Below are positions 37,224 to 46,683 of a DNA stretch of 64,000 bases, piece by piece. The notes beneath the pieces are model-generated. The model saw nothing but the letters and a program-made list of their open reading frames with translations. It was not told the origin of the DNA and did no database searches. Each line of letters starts with the position of its first letter. The first letter of the stretch is position 1. The DNA comes from an uncultured virus (IMG/VR IMGVR_UViG_3300025133_000062) (lineage: Duplodnaviria > Heunggongvirae > Uroviricota > Caudoviricetes): IMG/VR virus record IMGVR_UViG_3300025133_000062, one strand, 5' to 3'. The translations under genes and the position numbers were made by a program.

Positions 37224-38330
37224 ATGGCTGAGATAACCATTGCTGATGCAACACCAAGGGTGCAATATGTCAGTACCTCTCCTTGGACAATCCCCTGGCC
37301 GTATTACGACAGCACCGATATTAAGGTGTATTTCGATAGTACACTACAAACTGTTACCACTGACTACACCATCTCAGGCACCGCCGTGGACGATGGCTTC
37401 TCCGGTGGTACGGTTACGGAAGTGGGTTCCCATTCCTTCACTACAGTTACGTTGGTGCGGGATATTCCTATCCAGCGCACGACTGATTTTCCACCCTCCG
37501 GTGTATTTAACATTGCTACGCTGAATAAAGATTTAGACAAACTGTATGCTATCGGACAGCAATTGGAGGAGATAGAAAATCGTATCCTGCAATTGTCGAT
37601 AACAACATCCTCTTCCGTATCGGCGGGGCTTCCTGACCCTGAATCCGGCAAGTTCCTGCGCTGGGACGGGGCCGCAACGGCAATCGAAAACGCTACCCCT
37701 GACACTAATTATATTGGCAGTTGGTCATCTCTTGTTACCTACGCAACCGATGATATTGTGACCAATAGCGGGTCAAGCTATATCTCCCTGGTAGACAGCA
37801 ATCTCAACAACACACCGCCTGCACCGGCTTCGGCTCCTGATAGCTATTGGGCCTTGATTGCCGCACAAGGCGACACTGGCCCCTCTGGTTCGATGGGTGG
37901 CCCTGTTTCTTCCACCGACAATGCCGTAACACGTTTTGATGGTACGGGTGGTACCACAGTACAAAATAGTAGTGTTCTGATTGACGACAACGACAATATG
38001 TCTGGGCATGGACAAACCACGAATGCCCAGACGGGTACGACCTATACGCTGGTGGGAACCGATAACGGAAAGATTGTAACTCTAAGCAATTCGTCAGCTA
38101 TTACTCTGACTATTCCTGAAACCGGCACAGAGAGTATCGCGGCTGGCTTTCAATGCACCATTATTCAACGGGGTGCGGGCCAAGTAACGGTGGCGATAGA
38201 AGGTTCTGACACTCTGGAAAGCTCTGGAAGTAAAACCAAGCTCAGTGGGCAGCATTCAGCTGCACTGATTACCAAGCACACGGCGGGATCGCCAAATACA
38301 TGGGGAATGTACGGTGACATTACGACATAA
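37224..38330 (+). CDS. Tail fibre (T7 gp17-like N-terminal attachment domain)
   Basis: TPRVQY, DIKVY, TLVRDIPIQRTTDF, LNKDLDKL. Confidence 0.85.
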   Translation: MAEITIADATPRVQYVSTSPWTIPWPYYDSTDIKVYFDSTLQTVTTDYTISGTAVDDGFSGGTVTEVGSHSFTTVTLVRDIPIQRTTDFPPSGVFNIATLNKDLDKLYAIGQQLEEIENRILQLSITTSSSVSAGLPDPESGKFLRWDGAATAIENATPDTNYIGSWSSLVTYATDDIVTNSGSSYISLVDSNLNNTPPAPASAPDSYWALIAAQGDTGPSGSMGGPVSSTDNAVTRFDGTGGTTVQNSSVLIDDNDNMSGHGQTTNAQTGTTYTLVGTDNGKIVTLSNSSAITLTIPETGTESIAAGFQCTIIQRGAGQVTVAIEGSDTLESSGSKTKLSGQHSAALITKHTAGSPNTWGMYGDITT

Positions 38331-40851
38331 GTTAATGTATGACGGTCTTCTGGACCCTAAATTCTGCAATTACATGATGTCGTGGTGGGGTATTAGTGCC
38401 GCTGGAGGTGCTGCTGCTGCTGCTGGCGGTTACTCAGTGGATAACTCAGTACGGTTTAATGATGGTGACGGTGCATATATGACAAGGACGCCATCTTCTG
38501 CCGGTAACAGGGATGTATGGACTATTAGCGTGTGGGTCAAACCGGCTGATTGGGATACAACATCTAAGATACTTCATGCTGGTGACGGTTCTGACTTCAC
38601 GCACATCTATTTTTCTCATGGCACCACAACCGATAGTAATCTTGAAATTGTCCAAAAGACAAGTGCCGGATATGACTTTGATATTTACTCAACTATGCAA
38701 CTGCGTGACCCTACTAGTTGGTTTCACATACTGGTAAAATACGACAGTGGGGCTGGTTCTGGCTCAAGGATTTTAGCTTGGGTTAATAATGTTGCAGTAT
38801 CTTGGACACAGCGATTATCTAGGGGAACAGAACCTTCATCTGGTCTAGATAGCCATGTTAATAATACAGTAGCTCACTATATAGGCAGAGCGAATACGGC
38901 AGCAGACTATTGGGATGGTTACATGTCTCAGTTCGCTTTGATTGATGGAACTGCTTATGATACCACCGATTTTGGAGAGTTTGATAACGAGGGTGAATGG
39001 CGCCCCAAGGACGTAACTGGCCTCACATTTGGCACGAATGGTTTCTTACAGGACTACGCAGTAGCCCCTGGCACAGATGACGGCGCTGGCACTGACGTTT
39101 CAGGTAATGACAACCACTTCACAGAAAGCGGCCTTGCTGCGAATGATCAAGTGACTGATACGCCTACGAATAACTTTTGTACTTGGTCTGCTCAAGGGGT
39201 TGGGTCAAACTCTAACGCCGGAGTAACCCTTTCTAATGGTAATTTGGAATGGGATACTACAGCAGATGGAGGTTGGTGGAACTCTATTGGAACTCAAGCA
39301 GTTACTTCAGGAAAATGGTATTATGAACAAACTATTGATGCTTTAGGGGCGTATCGTTCAAATTGTTGTGGATGGTCACCTACAAGTGAAAGTAACAGCA
39401 CAAGACCCGGATCATCAGCGAATAGCTTTTGTCTGCTAGATACAAATGGATATTATCTTAATAGCGGTTCTACAACTGATTATATTGGAAGTGCTTTTGT
39501 TGCTACAGAGGTTATGTGCTGTGCTGTAGATTTTGACAACGGAAAGATTTGGTGGCGCAAAGACGGTGATGCGTGGCCTAATTCTGGCAACCCCGCAACG
39601 GGAGCCAACCCTGCTGTTAGTTTTACGCCTTCTGGGGGGTATAGCCCGGTAACTTCAACAGGAGATAGTGGCGCAGACCAAACAGTAAACTTTGGACAAA
39701 CATCTCCTAATGCTGGCGGTAACGCCGATGATAACGGTTATGGTGACTTCGATAATGCACCTCCGAGTGGCTTCTTAGCACTCTGCACAGCCAATATGAC
39801 AGACCTAGCCTTCGATGTAAATGAGCATCGTCAGGTGGAGCTAGTAGATCATGACGGAACAAGTACATCCTTTACGCTTGGTTGGAACGCCGACACCTAT
39901 GACACGCTGTTTATAATTAAGAACCGTGATAGCTCTGAGAAATGGTTTAACGTGGATGGTCTTAATGGCTACGATAAATATTATGAGAATAACTACACTA
40001 CGCAGTTTGAGGATAGTGGTATCATAGAGGTTTCGGGAACAACCATAACCCTTGGCGATAGCACTGCACTATCAGCAGATAATTATGTCATTGAATGTCA
40101 TAGAGCGGGTGCTAAAGCTTCCAGGGAAACAGACAACGATGCCGGATCAATTACTGGTGATTCTGATAACCTAATTATCAGTGCTAATACAGTTACACAG
40201 TTCTCTATTTTAACCTTTACTGGCACAGGGGCTGACGCCACTGTAGGGCATGGACTTAGTGGTGTATCCTTTTTAATTTCGTATGCCGATGCCGCTGAAA
40301 GTAAAGGTGTAGGCCATACAAAATTAAACTGGACGCATAATTTATATATAAACACTTCAGGTGCAGCGATTGATGATGATTTAGCTTTTCAAGATATTGC
40401 TCCCTCGCCGACCGTCATAACATATGGTTCTCACTTGTCCTTTAATAAGTCCTCTACTGCCATGACTACCTATTGCTGGGATGCAGTACCGGGATACTCC
40501 GCTATGGGGAAATGGGACGGTAATCAACTTGCAAATGGGCCTTTCGCATCTGTAGATTTTAAGCCGGATACGTTGTGGGCGAAGGACTATTTATTGTCGG
40601 GTGGTTCGGCGCAGGAATGGATCTGTAACCGTGTCCTTCAGTCAGACACGAAAGTTAACGAGGCAGACAACAGCCTATACTTTGATGGTAATTGGGCTGA
40701 AGGTACTGGCGGTAATGGGGATTTCCTTTCAACTGGGTTTAAGGTGAGAGAGACAGGGAAGTTTAATACAACCTCTTCCACAAGTACAATCTGGGTAATG
40801 TTTGGCACACCAACAGTAAATCTAAGCTCAACACCGGCTAAAGCGAGGTAA
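38314..40851 (+). CDS. LamG/ConA plus SPRY-domain tail spike/receptor-binding protein (3' half from phage B)
   Basis: YSVDNSVRFND, WTISVWVK, LRDPTSWFH, FGTNGF, DTPTNNFCT, SGKWYYE, PSGFLALCTAN. Confidence 0.85.
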   Translation: MTLRHKLMYDGLLDPKFCNYMMSWWGISAAGGAAAAAGGYSVDNSVRFNDGDGAYMTRTPSSAGNRDVWTISVWVKPADWDTTSKILHAGDGSDFTHIYFSHGTTTDSNLEIVQKTSAGYDFDIYSTMQLRDPTSWFHILVKYDSGAGSGSRILAWVNNVAVSWTQRLSRGTEPSSGLDSHVNNTVAHYIGRANTAADYWDGYMSQFALIDGTAYDTTDFGEFDNEGEWRPKDVTGLTFGTNGFLQDYAVAPGTDDGAGTDVSGNDNHFTESGLAANDQVTDTPTNNFCTWSAQGVGSNSNAGVTLSNGNLEWDTTADGGWWNSIGTQAVTSGKWYYEQTIDALGAYRSNCCGWSPTSESNSTRPGSSANSFCLLDTNGYYLNSGSTTDYIGSAFVATEVMCCAVDFDNGKIWWRKDGDAWPNSGNPATGANPAVSFTPSGGYSPVTSTGDSGADQTVNFGQTSPNAGGNADDNGYGDFDNAPPSGFLALCTANMTDLAFDVNEHRQVELVDHDGTSTSFTLGWNADTYDTLFIIKNRDSSEKWFNVDGLNGYDKYYENNYTTQFEDSGIIEVSGTTITLGDSTALSADNYVIECHRAGAKASRETDNDAGSITGDSDNLIISANTVTQFSILTFTGTGADATVGHGLSGVSFLISYADAAESKGVGHTKLNWTHNLYINTSGAAIDDDLAFQDIAPSPTVITYGSHLSFNKSSTAMTTYCWDAVPGYSAMGKWDGNQLANGPFASVDFKPDTLWAKDYLLSGGSAQEWICNRVLQSDTKVNEADNSLYFDGNWAEGTGGNGDFLSTGFKVRETGKFNTTSSTSTIWVMFGTPTVNLSSTPAKAR
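39510..39794 (+). repeat. Direct repeat copy 2 of window start
   Basis: ggttatgtgctgtgctgtag... identical to position 1 for 127 bp. Confidence 0.95.
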
Positions 40852-40853
40852 TT

Positions 40854-41174
40854 ATGAACACACAATGTCATGAAACACAATGCCATAATTACCAAGTACA
40901 AGCCATTGGTCCTAAAAAATATATACAATATTTACCTCTAGCATTAATTATAGTTGCCGGTATTACTGGGTGGGTTAGTCTGGAAAAAGATGTTGAGGCG
41001 GGGCAGAAAGAGCAACTCAAAATAGTTAAGACTGTTAAGGACAATCAAAAAACTATTCAACAGGTACAAACAGATGTTGCAGTCATAAAAGAACGCCAGC
41101 GTCAGCAATCAGAGACTGCTAAAGAGATTAAAGAAGATGTGAAGATGATCCTTAGAGAGATCCGAAAGGAATAG
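40854..41174 (+). CDS. TM plus coiled-coil protein
   Basis: LPLALIIVAGITGW then heptad repeats. Confidence 0.6.
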   Translation: MNTQCHETQCHNYQVQAIGPKKYIQYLPLALIIVAGITGWVSLEKDVEAGQKEQLKIVKTVKDNQKTIQQVQTDVAVIKERQRQQSETAKEIKEDVKMILREIRKE

Positions 41175-41179
41175 AAGTA

Positions 41180-41686
41180 ATGTGGAAGTATAATGGACAA
41201 ACAATAAGAGCAGGTAAGTCTTGGAGAGATGATAATGGTGTGCTGCACCCCAAAAACTGGAATATATGGTCTTCTGAATATAAGGCCAGTATGGGTATTA
41301 CAGAAATAATTCCTGAGACTCCTCCTGATTCCAGACTTTATAAATGGTCAATGAACTCTGATGGTACTATTAATAAGAAAGCCAAAGATCTTAATGATGT
41401 TAAATTAAATCTAATTAAAAAAGTTAAGTATCACCAAGGCAGTTATTTATCTCAGACTGATTGGACAATTGTTCGCAAGGCAGATACCGGCACAGAAGTT
41501 CCTGCCAATATTCAGACTTGGCGGGATGCTATTCGTACCAGGGCAACTGAAATGGAGACTGCGATAGAGGGGGCTGCTGATATAGATGCCGTTGCTGAGT
41601 TATTTGTAGTACACAGAAGGAATGATGACGGTGATATTATCAAGTCTGGTATTCTCTACGATTGGCCTGAGAAAGAAGAAGAGTAA
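41180..41686 (+). CDS. Tail fibre assembly/chaperone-like protein
   Basis: LSQTDWTIVRKADTGTEVPANIQTWRDAIRT...WP. Confidence 0.75.
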   Translation: MWKYNGQTIRAGKSWRDDNGVLHPKNWNIWSSEYKASMGITEIIPETPPDSRLYKWSMNSDGTINKKAKDLNDVKLNLIKKVKYHQGSYLSQTDWTIVRKADTGTEVPANIQTWRDAIRTRATEMETAIEGAADIDAVAELFVVHRRNDDGDIIKSGILYDWPEKEEE

Positions 41687-42103
41687 ATGATAAAACTTAT
41701 TTCAACATTTTTAGTTATAACACTTTTATCTTTTTCGGTAAAGGCAGAAGAGACATTAGTTTCAAAATATGATAATAATATTGGAGATATTATTTCATAT
41801 CCTGGGGCATACTATAAAAATTTAAAAGATATAATTAAAATTCATTTATATCTTCAGGGTGATCAGGAAGAAAAAGCCAGTGCCTATTTTCAATACCTAT
41901 CAAAAAAAGAGGAAGTTTTTTCTTGGACAGGCCAAGCTCAATTAGTTAAATTAGAAATGGTAGGTAATATTAAAAATGTGGGAGAAGTAGAAGTATGGGC
42001 AACATGGATAACTCTTCAGAGTAGAAAAATTGACAAAAGATATTATATACCTCTCCTTGTTGTGGCAGAACAAGAAGAAGAGTCGAAACTTAAAGAGCTT
42101 TAG
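41687..42103 (+). CDS. Hypothetical exported protein
   Basis: Signal peptide MIKLISTFLVITLLSFSVKA; AT-rich. Confidence 0.6.
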   Translation: MIKLISTFLVITLLSFSVKAEETLVSKYDNNIGDIISYPGAYYKNLKDIIKIHLYLQGDQEEKASAYFQYLSKKEEVFSWTGQAQLVKLEMVGNIKNVGEVEVWATWITLQSRKIDKRYYIPLLVVAEQEEESKLKEL

Positions 42104-42112
42104 GAGTTAATA

Positions 42113-43051
42113 ATGGCTAGTACATATAGTTCAAATATTCGTTTGACAAAACAGGGGGATGGGGATAATCCTAATACATGGGGCGAGGTCTTGAATGGAG
42201 TCCTTAGTTTAGTAGATCAGGCTATAACTGATTATACTGTTGTCACTATTGGGTCTACTAATTCTGTTGTTTTAACGAATAATAATGGTTCTCCTGATCA
42301 GGCACGGTCTGCTACCATAGAATTTCAAGGAAGTATCGGTGGTGCAGAGACATCTATCTTTGTTTATATACCAGCAAAACCAAAAATATATGCTGTTAGA
42401 AATGCAGTATCAGCCAATACTACGGCTAGTGATGCTCTTATTCTTAAAGTGGCAGGTAATGATGGTGTAACTGTAGCTGCTGGTAATAACTTTTATATTT
42501 CAAATGGAACATCTGTCTTTTCTGTGGGGAATCAAGGTACTGCCGGTTCTAGAGATGTTGGTGTATGTACAACCAATATACCAGATACTTCTCTGGCAGA
42601 TATCAGATATGTTCCTACTTCTGTATCCAGTACAATTGTGGCAGAGAAACACTTTACAAAGTATGTTAATGTGGTGGGAGCATCTGCTTCTTCAGCAGCC
42701 GGTATTAAAGTAGGAACGAATGCCAGAGCTTACAATACTATTACAAATATAGTATCGGTCAGTGCTTGTATCACTATTGACTTTGCTGTGGGAAATAATT
42801 TTCTTACAACACTGGGAGCAAACAAAACTCTCAAGGCTCCAGCAAATGCTGTGGCGGGACAAACAGGAAGTATTTATATAGTACAGGATGGAGATGGAAG
42901 CAGGACTCTTAGTTATAACACTGTCTGGAAATTCCCAAAAGGTTCTGTGCCGGTAGCAACTACAACTTCGGCAGGAGTAGATCTTATAGCTTATAGTGCA
43001 AGAAGTGCCACAACTATTGATGCAGTAATGTTGAAAGATTTTAAGAGATAA
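42113..43051 (+). CDS. Tail fibre protein
   Basis: MASTYSSNIRL...NPNTWG N-terminus; GQTGSIYIVQDGDGSRTLSY C-terminal module. Confidence 0.8.
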   Translation: MASTYSSNIRLTKQGDGDNPNTWGEVLNGVLSLVDQAITDYTVVTIGSTNSVVLTNNNGSPDQARSATIEFQGSIGGAETSIFVYIPAKPKIYAVRNAVSANTTASDALILKVAGNDGVTVAAGNNFYISNGTSVFSVGNQGTAGSRDVGVCTTNIPDTSLADIRYVPTSVSSTIVAEKHFTKYVNVVGASASSAAGIKVGTNARAYNTITNIVSVSACITIDFAVGNNFLTTLGANKTLKAPANAVAGQTGSIYIVQDGDGSRTLSYNTVWKFPKGSVPVATTTSAGVDLIAYSARSATTIDAVMLKDFKR

Positions 43052-43055
43052 TTAA

Positions 43056-45500
43056 ATGTCTACTAAACTCGCTAAATTTGATCTTCAGCAAGGCTTTAAT
43101 AGAGAAACAACTCAGTATTCTGAAGAAGGTAAATGGTACGATGGGAATCGTGTACGTTTTCGTGCGGGTAAACCAGAGAATATGCGGGGGTACGCAACAA
43201 AAGTAAGTACTGCTTTTGATGGATCAGCCAGAGATTTAATTGCCTGGAAAGGAATGGACAACAAGAAGCGGTCTATTTTTGCTACTCCAGATAAAGTCTA
43301 TGTACATGACCAGGATAGACTAACAGATATTACTCCCATTGCAGTTACGGCAGTAGAATCAAATTGTTTTGGTACAAGTACAGGATCAACAAGAGTTTGC
43401 TGTTCTTCAGGTACTCATAATAAAGCTATTGGAGACTATGTTTTGTTTACTAATGCTGCTACTACAATAGGATCAAATATTGTTTTAAATAATAATGTCT
43501 ATCCTATTACATCTATTATAAATACTAATTCTTTTACTATATCAGTAACTGATGCCGCTGCTGCAACCTCCTCAACTTCTGGAGGAGCAAACTTTAATTA
43601 TTACATAGCCACTGGTACTTCGGTTGCTACCCAAGGTGTGGGGTATGGTGCTGCACCTTATAATGCAGCCTCTCCTACTTCTGTAGGTCTATCCAAGATA
43701 ACGGCTACTGGAGGGAGTGCCTTGGTTACTGTCTCTTGTGCCTCTGCTCATGGGGCTGTAGCTAATGATTTTGTAGTATTTCAGAATACTTCGGCAGATT
43801 CAGTGGCTGCTACAATTGGAGGAAATATTAATTTAACAAAAGAATTTACTAAAACTGCTCCTGTAACATTATCTAATGTTTTTGGAACAACAGTAGGAGA
43901 TACAAGAGTATGTTGTTCAAATAATAGTCATGGTAAAAGTACAAATGATCTTGTTACATTTGCAACTGTAGGAGCGACTATTGGTGGTAATATAGTTTTA
44001 AGTGGAAAGACCTTTCCAATTACATCAGTTATAGATACTAATTCTTTTACTATATCAGTAACTGATGCTGCTGCTGCAACTTCTACACAAACTGGAGGAA
44101 GCGCAACATTTATTTATGATGTAAAAACAGGAGGTCCACAGTTTACTGTTGTTTCTGTGGCTAGTACACAGATAATTGTGAGTGCAGCGGTTAATGCCAG
44201 TGCAAGTGAAGATGTAACAAGTAATATAAATATGACTGCATTAATATATACACAAACAGATGGAGGGGGAACAGGCAGACCTTGGGATACAGCAGCTTCA
44301 TCAGATACTACTAATCTTGCCTTGGACATTGATCAGTGGTCGATGGATAACTGGGGTACAGATATTGTTTTAAATCGAAGAGGAAGCAACATATTTTATT
44401 TTGATACGGCTGCATCTGTTTCTCCTACAAGAGCAACAAGTGTGCCAACCTCGCCTGTCAGTGTTAATAGTATTATTGTATCACCTAATGACAGACATCT
44501 TGTAGCTCTGGGAGTTAATCAGTATGATGTTGCTGCCGCAGTAAGCGGAGCATTCAATCCTATGCTGGTAAGATGGTCTGATCAGGATGATCGTACTAAC
44601 TGGGTTCCTTCGGTGAGTTCAACTTCTGGTGAGGTGGTTTTAACAGACGGTACAAAAATTGTAGGATCACAGAGATCAAAGAATGCTATTAATATATGGA
44701 CAGATAATGCTCTTTGGTTGATGAGCTATGCCGGTCCTCCATTTACATTTAAATTCCAGCAAGCAGGAACTAACTGTGGTTTGGCTGGTCCACATGCAGC
44801 TATTGATTATAATGGTGTAACATATTGGATGGGGTTTGATAACTTCTATGCATTTACAGGACAAGTGGAAGTTCTTGACTGTACAGTTCGCAGATATATA
44901 TTTGATAGACTAAACACTACTTATTATGATAAAGTTTATACAGGAATTAATACAGAATTTAAAGAAATTATATGGCTGTATGTTTCTACCAACGGAACAG
45001 AGTGCGACAGTTATGTTATCTTTTCTCCTGAAGAGAAGTACTGGGTGTATGGGAATACTTTCTTTACTACCTTCAAGGATAGAGAAGTCTATGGCAATAC
45101 TATAACAACGGGTGCAACTACAACTGGAAATTATATTTATAATAATGAACCAACAGGTGTCTTTACTGGAGATGGTTCAACATTGACTTCTTTTGTTGAG
45201 TCTGGTGACTTTGATGTAGATGACGGTAATGCTGTTATGTTTATGAATCGTATAATTCCTGATTTTGATTTAACTTCCGGTAAAAAAATTAAGCTGTCGG
45301 TAGAAACTAAGGAGTACCCTGAAAGTACTTCAGTTGTTACAAAAGAATTTGATATCTACGATACAACTCAGAAAGTTGATTTTAGAGCTAGAGGAAGGCA
45401 AGCTAAAGTAAGGGTGTCTTGTGGTGGAGAACTAGGAAATGATGCAAGCTGGAGATGGGGAACAATCCGGCTGGCACTGCAAGGAGATGGGGGAAGATAA
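43056..45500 (+). CDS. Tail hub/nozzle (P22 gp10-like DNA stabilization protein) with FCCH-like repeats
   Basis: GFNRETTQY...WYDGNRVRFR; LVRWSDQD; NCGLAGPHA; DFRARGRQ. Confidence 0.75.
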   Translation: MSTKLAKFDLQQGFNRETTQYSEEGKWYDGNRVRFRAGKPENMRGYATKVSTAFDGSARDLIAWKGMDNKKRSIFATPDKVYVHDQDRLTDITPIAVTAVESNCFGTSTGSTRVCCSSGTHNKAIGDYVLFTNAATTIGSNIVLNNNVYPITSIINTNSFTISVTDAAAATSSTSGGANFNYYIATGTSVATQGVGYGAAPYNAASPTSVGLSKITATGGSALVTVSCASAHGAVANDFVVFQNTSADSVAATIGGNINLTKEFTKTAPVTLSNVFGTTVGDTRVCCSNNSHGKSTNDLVTFATVGATIGGNIVLSGKTFPITSVIDTNSFTISVTDAAAATSTQTGGSATFIYDVKTGGPQFTVVSVASTQIIVSAAVNASASEDVTSNINMTALIYTQTDGGGTGRPWDTAASSDTTNLALDIDQWSMDNWGTDIVLNRRGSNIFYFDTAASVSPTRATSVPTSPVSVNSIIVSPNDRHLVALGVNQYDVAAAVSGAFNPMLVRWSDQDDRTNWVPSVSSTSGEVVLTDGTKIVGSQRSKNAINIWTDNALWLMSYAGPPFTFKFQQAGTNCGLAGPHAAIDYNGVTYWMGFDNFYAFTGQVEVLDCTVRRYIFDRLNTTYYDKVYTGINTEFKEIIWLYVSTNGTECDSYVIFSPEEKYWVYGNTFFTTFKDREVYGNTITTGATTTGNYIYNNEPTGVFTGDGSTLTSFVESGDFDVDDGNAVMFMNRIIPDFDLTSGKKIKLSVETKEYPESTSVVTKEFDIYDTTQKVDFRARGRQAKVRVSCGGELGNDASWRWGTIRLALQGDGGR

Positions 45501-45769
45501 TGGCAAGATATCCTGCTTTACCAAAGTTTTTAAAAAATGTTGATCTTGTTTATGAGGAAATACAAAGGTGGGGATCTGTTCTGGTAAGAGAATTGGATTC
45601 CAGAGATTTGGAAGACACAAACAAACCATCAACTAATATCTATGTGGTGGTAACAGCAACAAATATAAAAAGACCCCGTAAAGGTGATGTGGTTTATTCG
45701 GCGAGTTCAGGAAAATTTAAAGGATATGTCAGTCTTGGTGCGGAAACTTCTTGGCAGGATTTGAATTAA
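45500..45769 (+). CDS. Small tail-associated protein
   Basis: TAATG coupling; MARYPALP... Confidence 0.6.
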   Translation: MARYPALPKFLKNVDLVYEEIQRWGSVLVRELDSRDLEDTNKPSTNIYVVVTATNIKRPRKGDVVYSASSGKFKGYVSLGAETSWQDLN

Positions 45770-46002
45770 TGACTAAAATTAGTGAACACTTTAATCTGGT
45801 TAATAATACTACCTATTTTAATAATTTAAATAGGGGGGTTATGATTGATAAAAGTAGGTATTCTATGCAGCAAAAGATACCAGATCAATTTAAGAAATTA
45901 AAGTTAGACTATAACAATAAAAATAATATAGATTATCTTGATAGTATGAGTAACTTTGTGGCGAATCAATTGGGACAGGTAGGGTATAAATATGGCTCTT
46001 AG
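45769..46002 (+). CDS. Hypothetical protein
   Basis: TAATG coupling. Confidence 0.5.
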   Translation: MTKISEHFNLVNNTTYFNNLNRGVMIDKSRYSMQQKIPDQFKKLKLDYNNKNNIDYLDSMSNFVANQLGQVGYKYGS

Positions 46003-46681
46003 AGATATAGGAAGAACTGGTCAGGCTATGGATTTTAGGAATGATGCTAGAGCTAATCCTATAGATGCCATGCAAACTATAAGAAAACCCCAACAAGCAC
46101 CTATTCCTGTGCCTGTACCTATGGGTGGTCCTCAAGCTGGTCCTATGCCTGTACCTACGCAAGTACCTATGGGTGGTCGTCCAGTATCTATGAAACAAAC
46201 TCTTAATGAAGTATTAACAAAAGCTCCTGTTGATGAAAATGGAATACCAGAAGACTCAGCAGGTACAATAGCTTTAATAAATCTAATAAAAAAGGGAAGT
46301 GTAGTTAATGATATGGTTGCACAAACAAGAAGAATAGAAGATAGCACAATAGGGGCTTACACTGGTGGTGGTCTGATGCAATTAGCGGCAGGTGGGGAAT
46401 TTAGAGGGAGAGTCCCTGGAGATGGGCATGGGATGGAAGACAATGTTTATATGCCTATCAGGGAGAGAAATGAAGATGTAGGGACACTGGCTGTTAGTCC
46501 TTCTGAATATGTAGTTGATAGTTATACAATGGCTGCGCTGGGTAATGGTAATGCAGATGAAGGTGCGGATGTAATGGATGAAGTTGTTGAACAGGTCAGA
46601 GAAAGAGCATATGGCGATAGACAACAACCAAACGAGATTAATGGTCTGGCTGCTCTCAGACCTATGTTAGAAAGGGTGTAA
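45992..46681 (+). CDS. Internal virion protein
   Basis: VPGDGHGMEDNV...SPSEYVV...ALGNGNADEGA domain typical of marine podophage ejection clusters. Confidence 0.65.
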   Translation: MALRDIGRTGQAMDFRNDARANPIDAMQTIRKPQQAPIPVPVPMGGPQAGPMPVPTQVPMGGRPVSMKQTLNEVLTKAPVDENGIPEDSAGTIALINLIKKGSVVNDMVAQTRRIEDSTIGAYTGGGLMQLAAGGEFRGRVPGDGHGMEDNVYMPIRERNEDVGTLAVSPSEYVVDSYTMAALGNGNADEGADVMDEVVEQVRERAYGDRQQPNEINGLAALRPMLERV

Positions 46682-46683
46682 CA

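Larger units (their letters stand above)
1..39509. mobile_element. Phage A: complete circularly permuted temperate podovirus-like genome (T7/BPP-1/HTVC010P-like structural module, lambdoid-style control and replication)
   Basis: Position 1 recurs at 39510, closing a 39,509-bp circle that contains integrase, attP, repressor, replication, terminase, portal, capsid, tail and lysis genes, each once. Confidence 0.9.
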
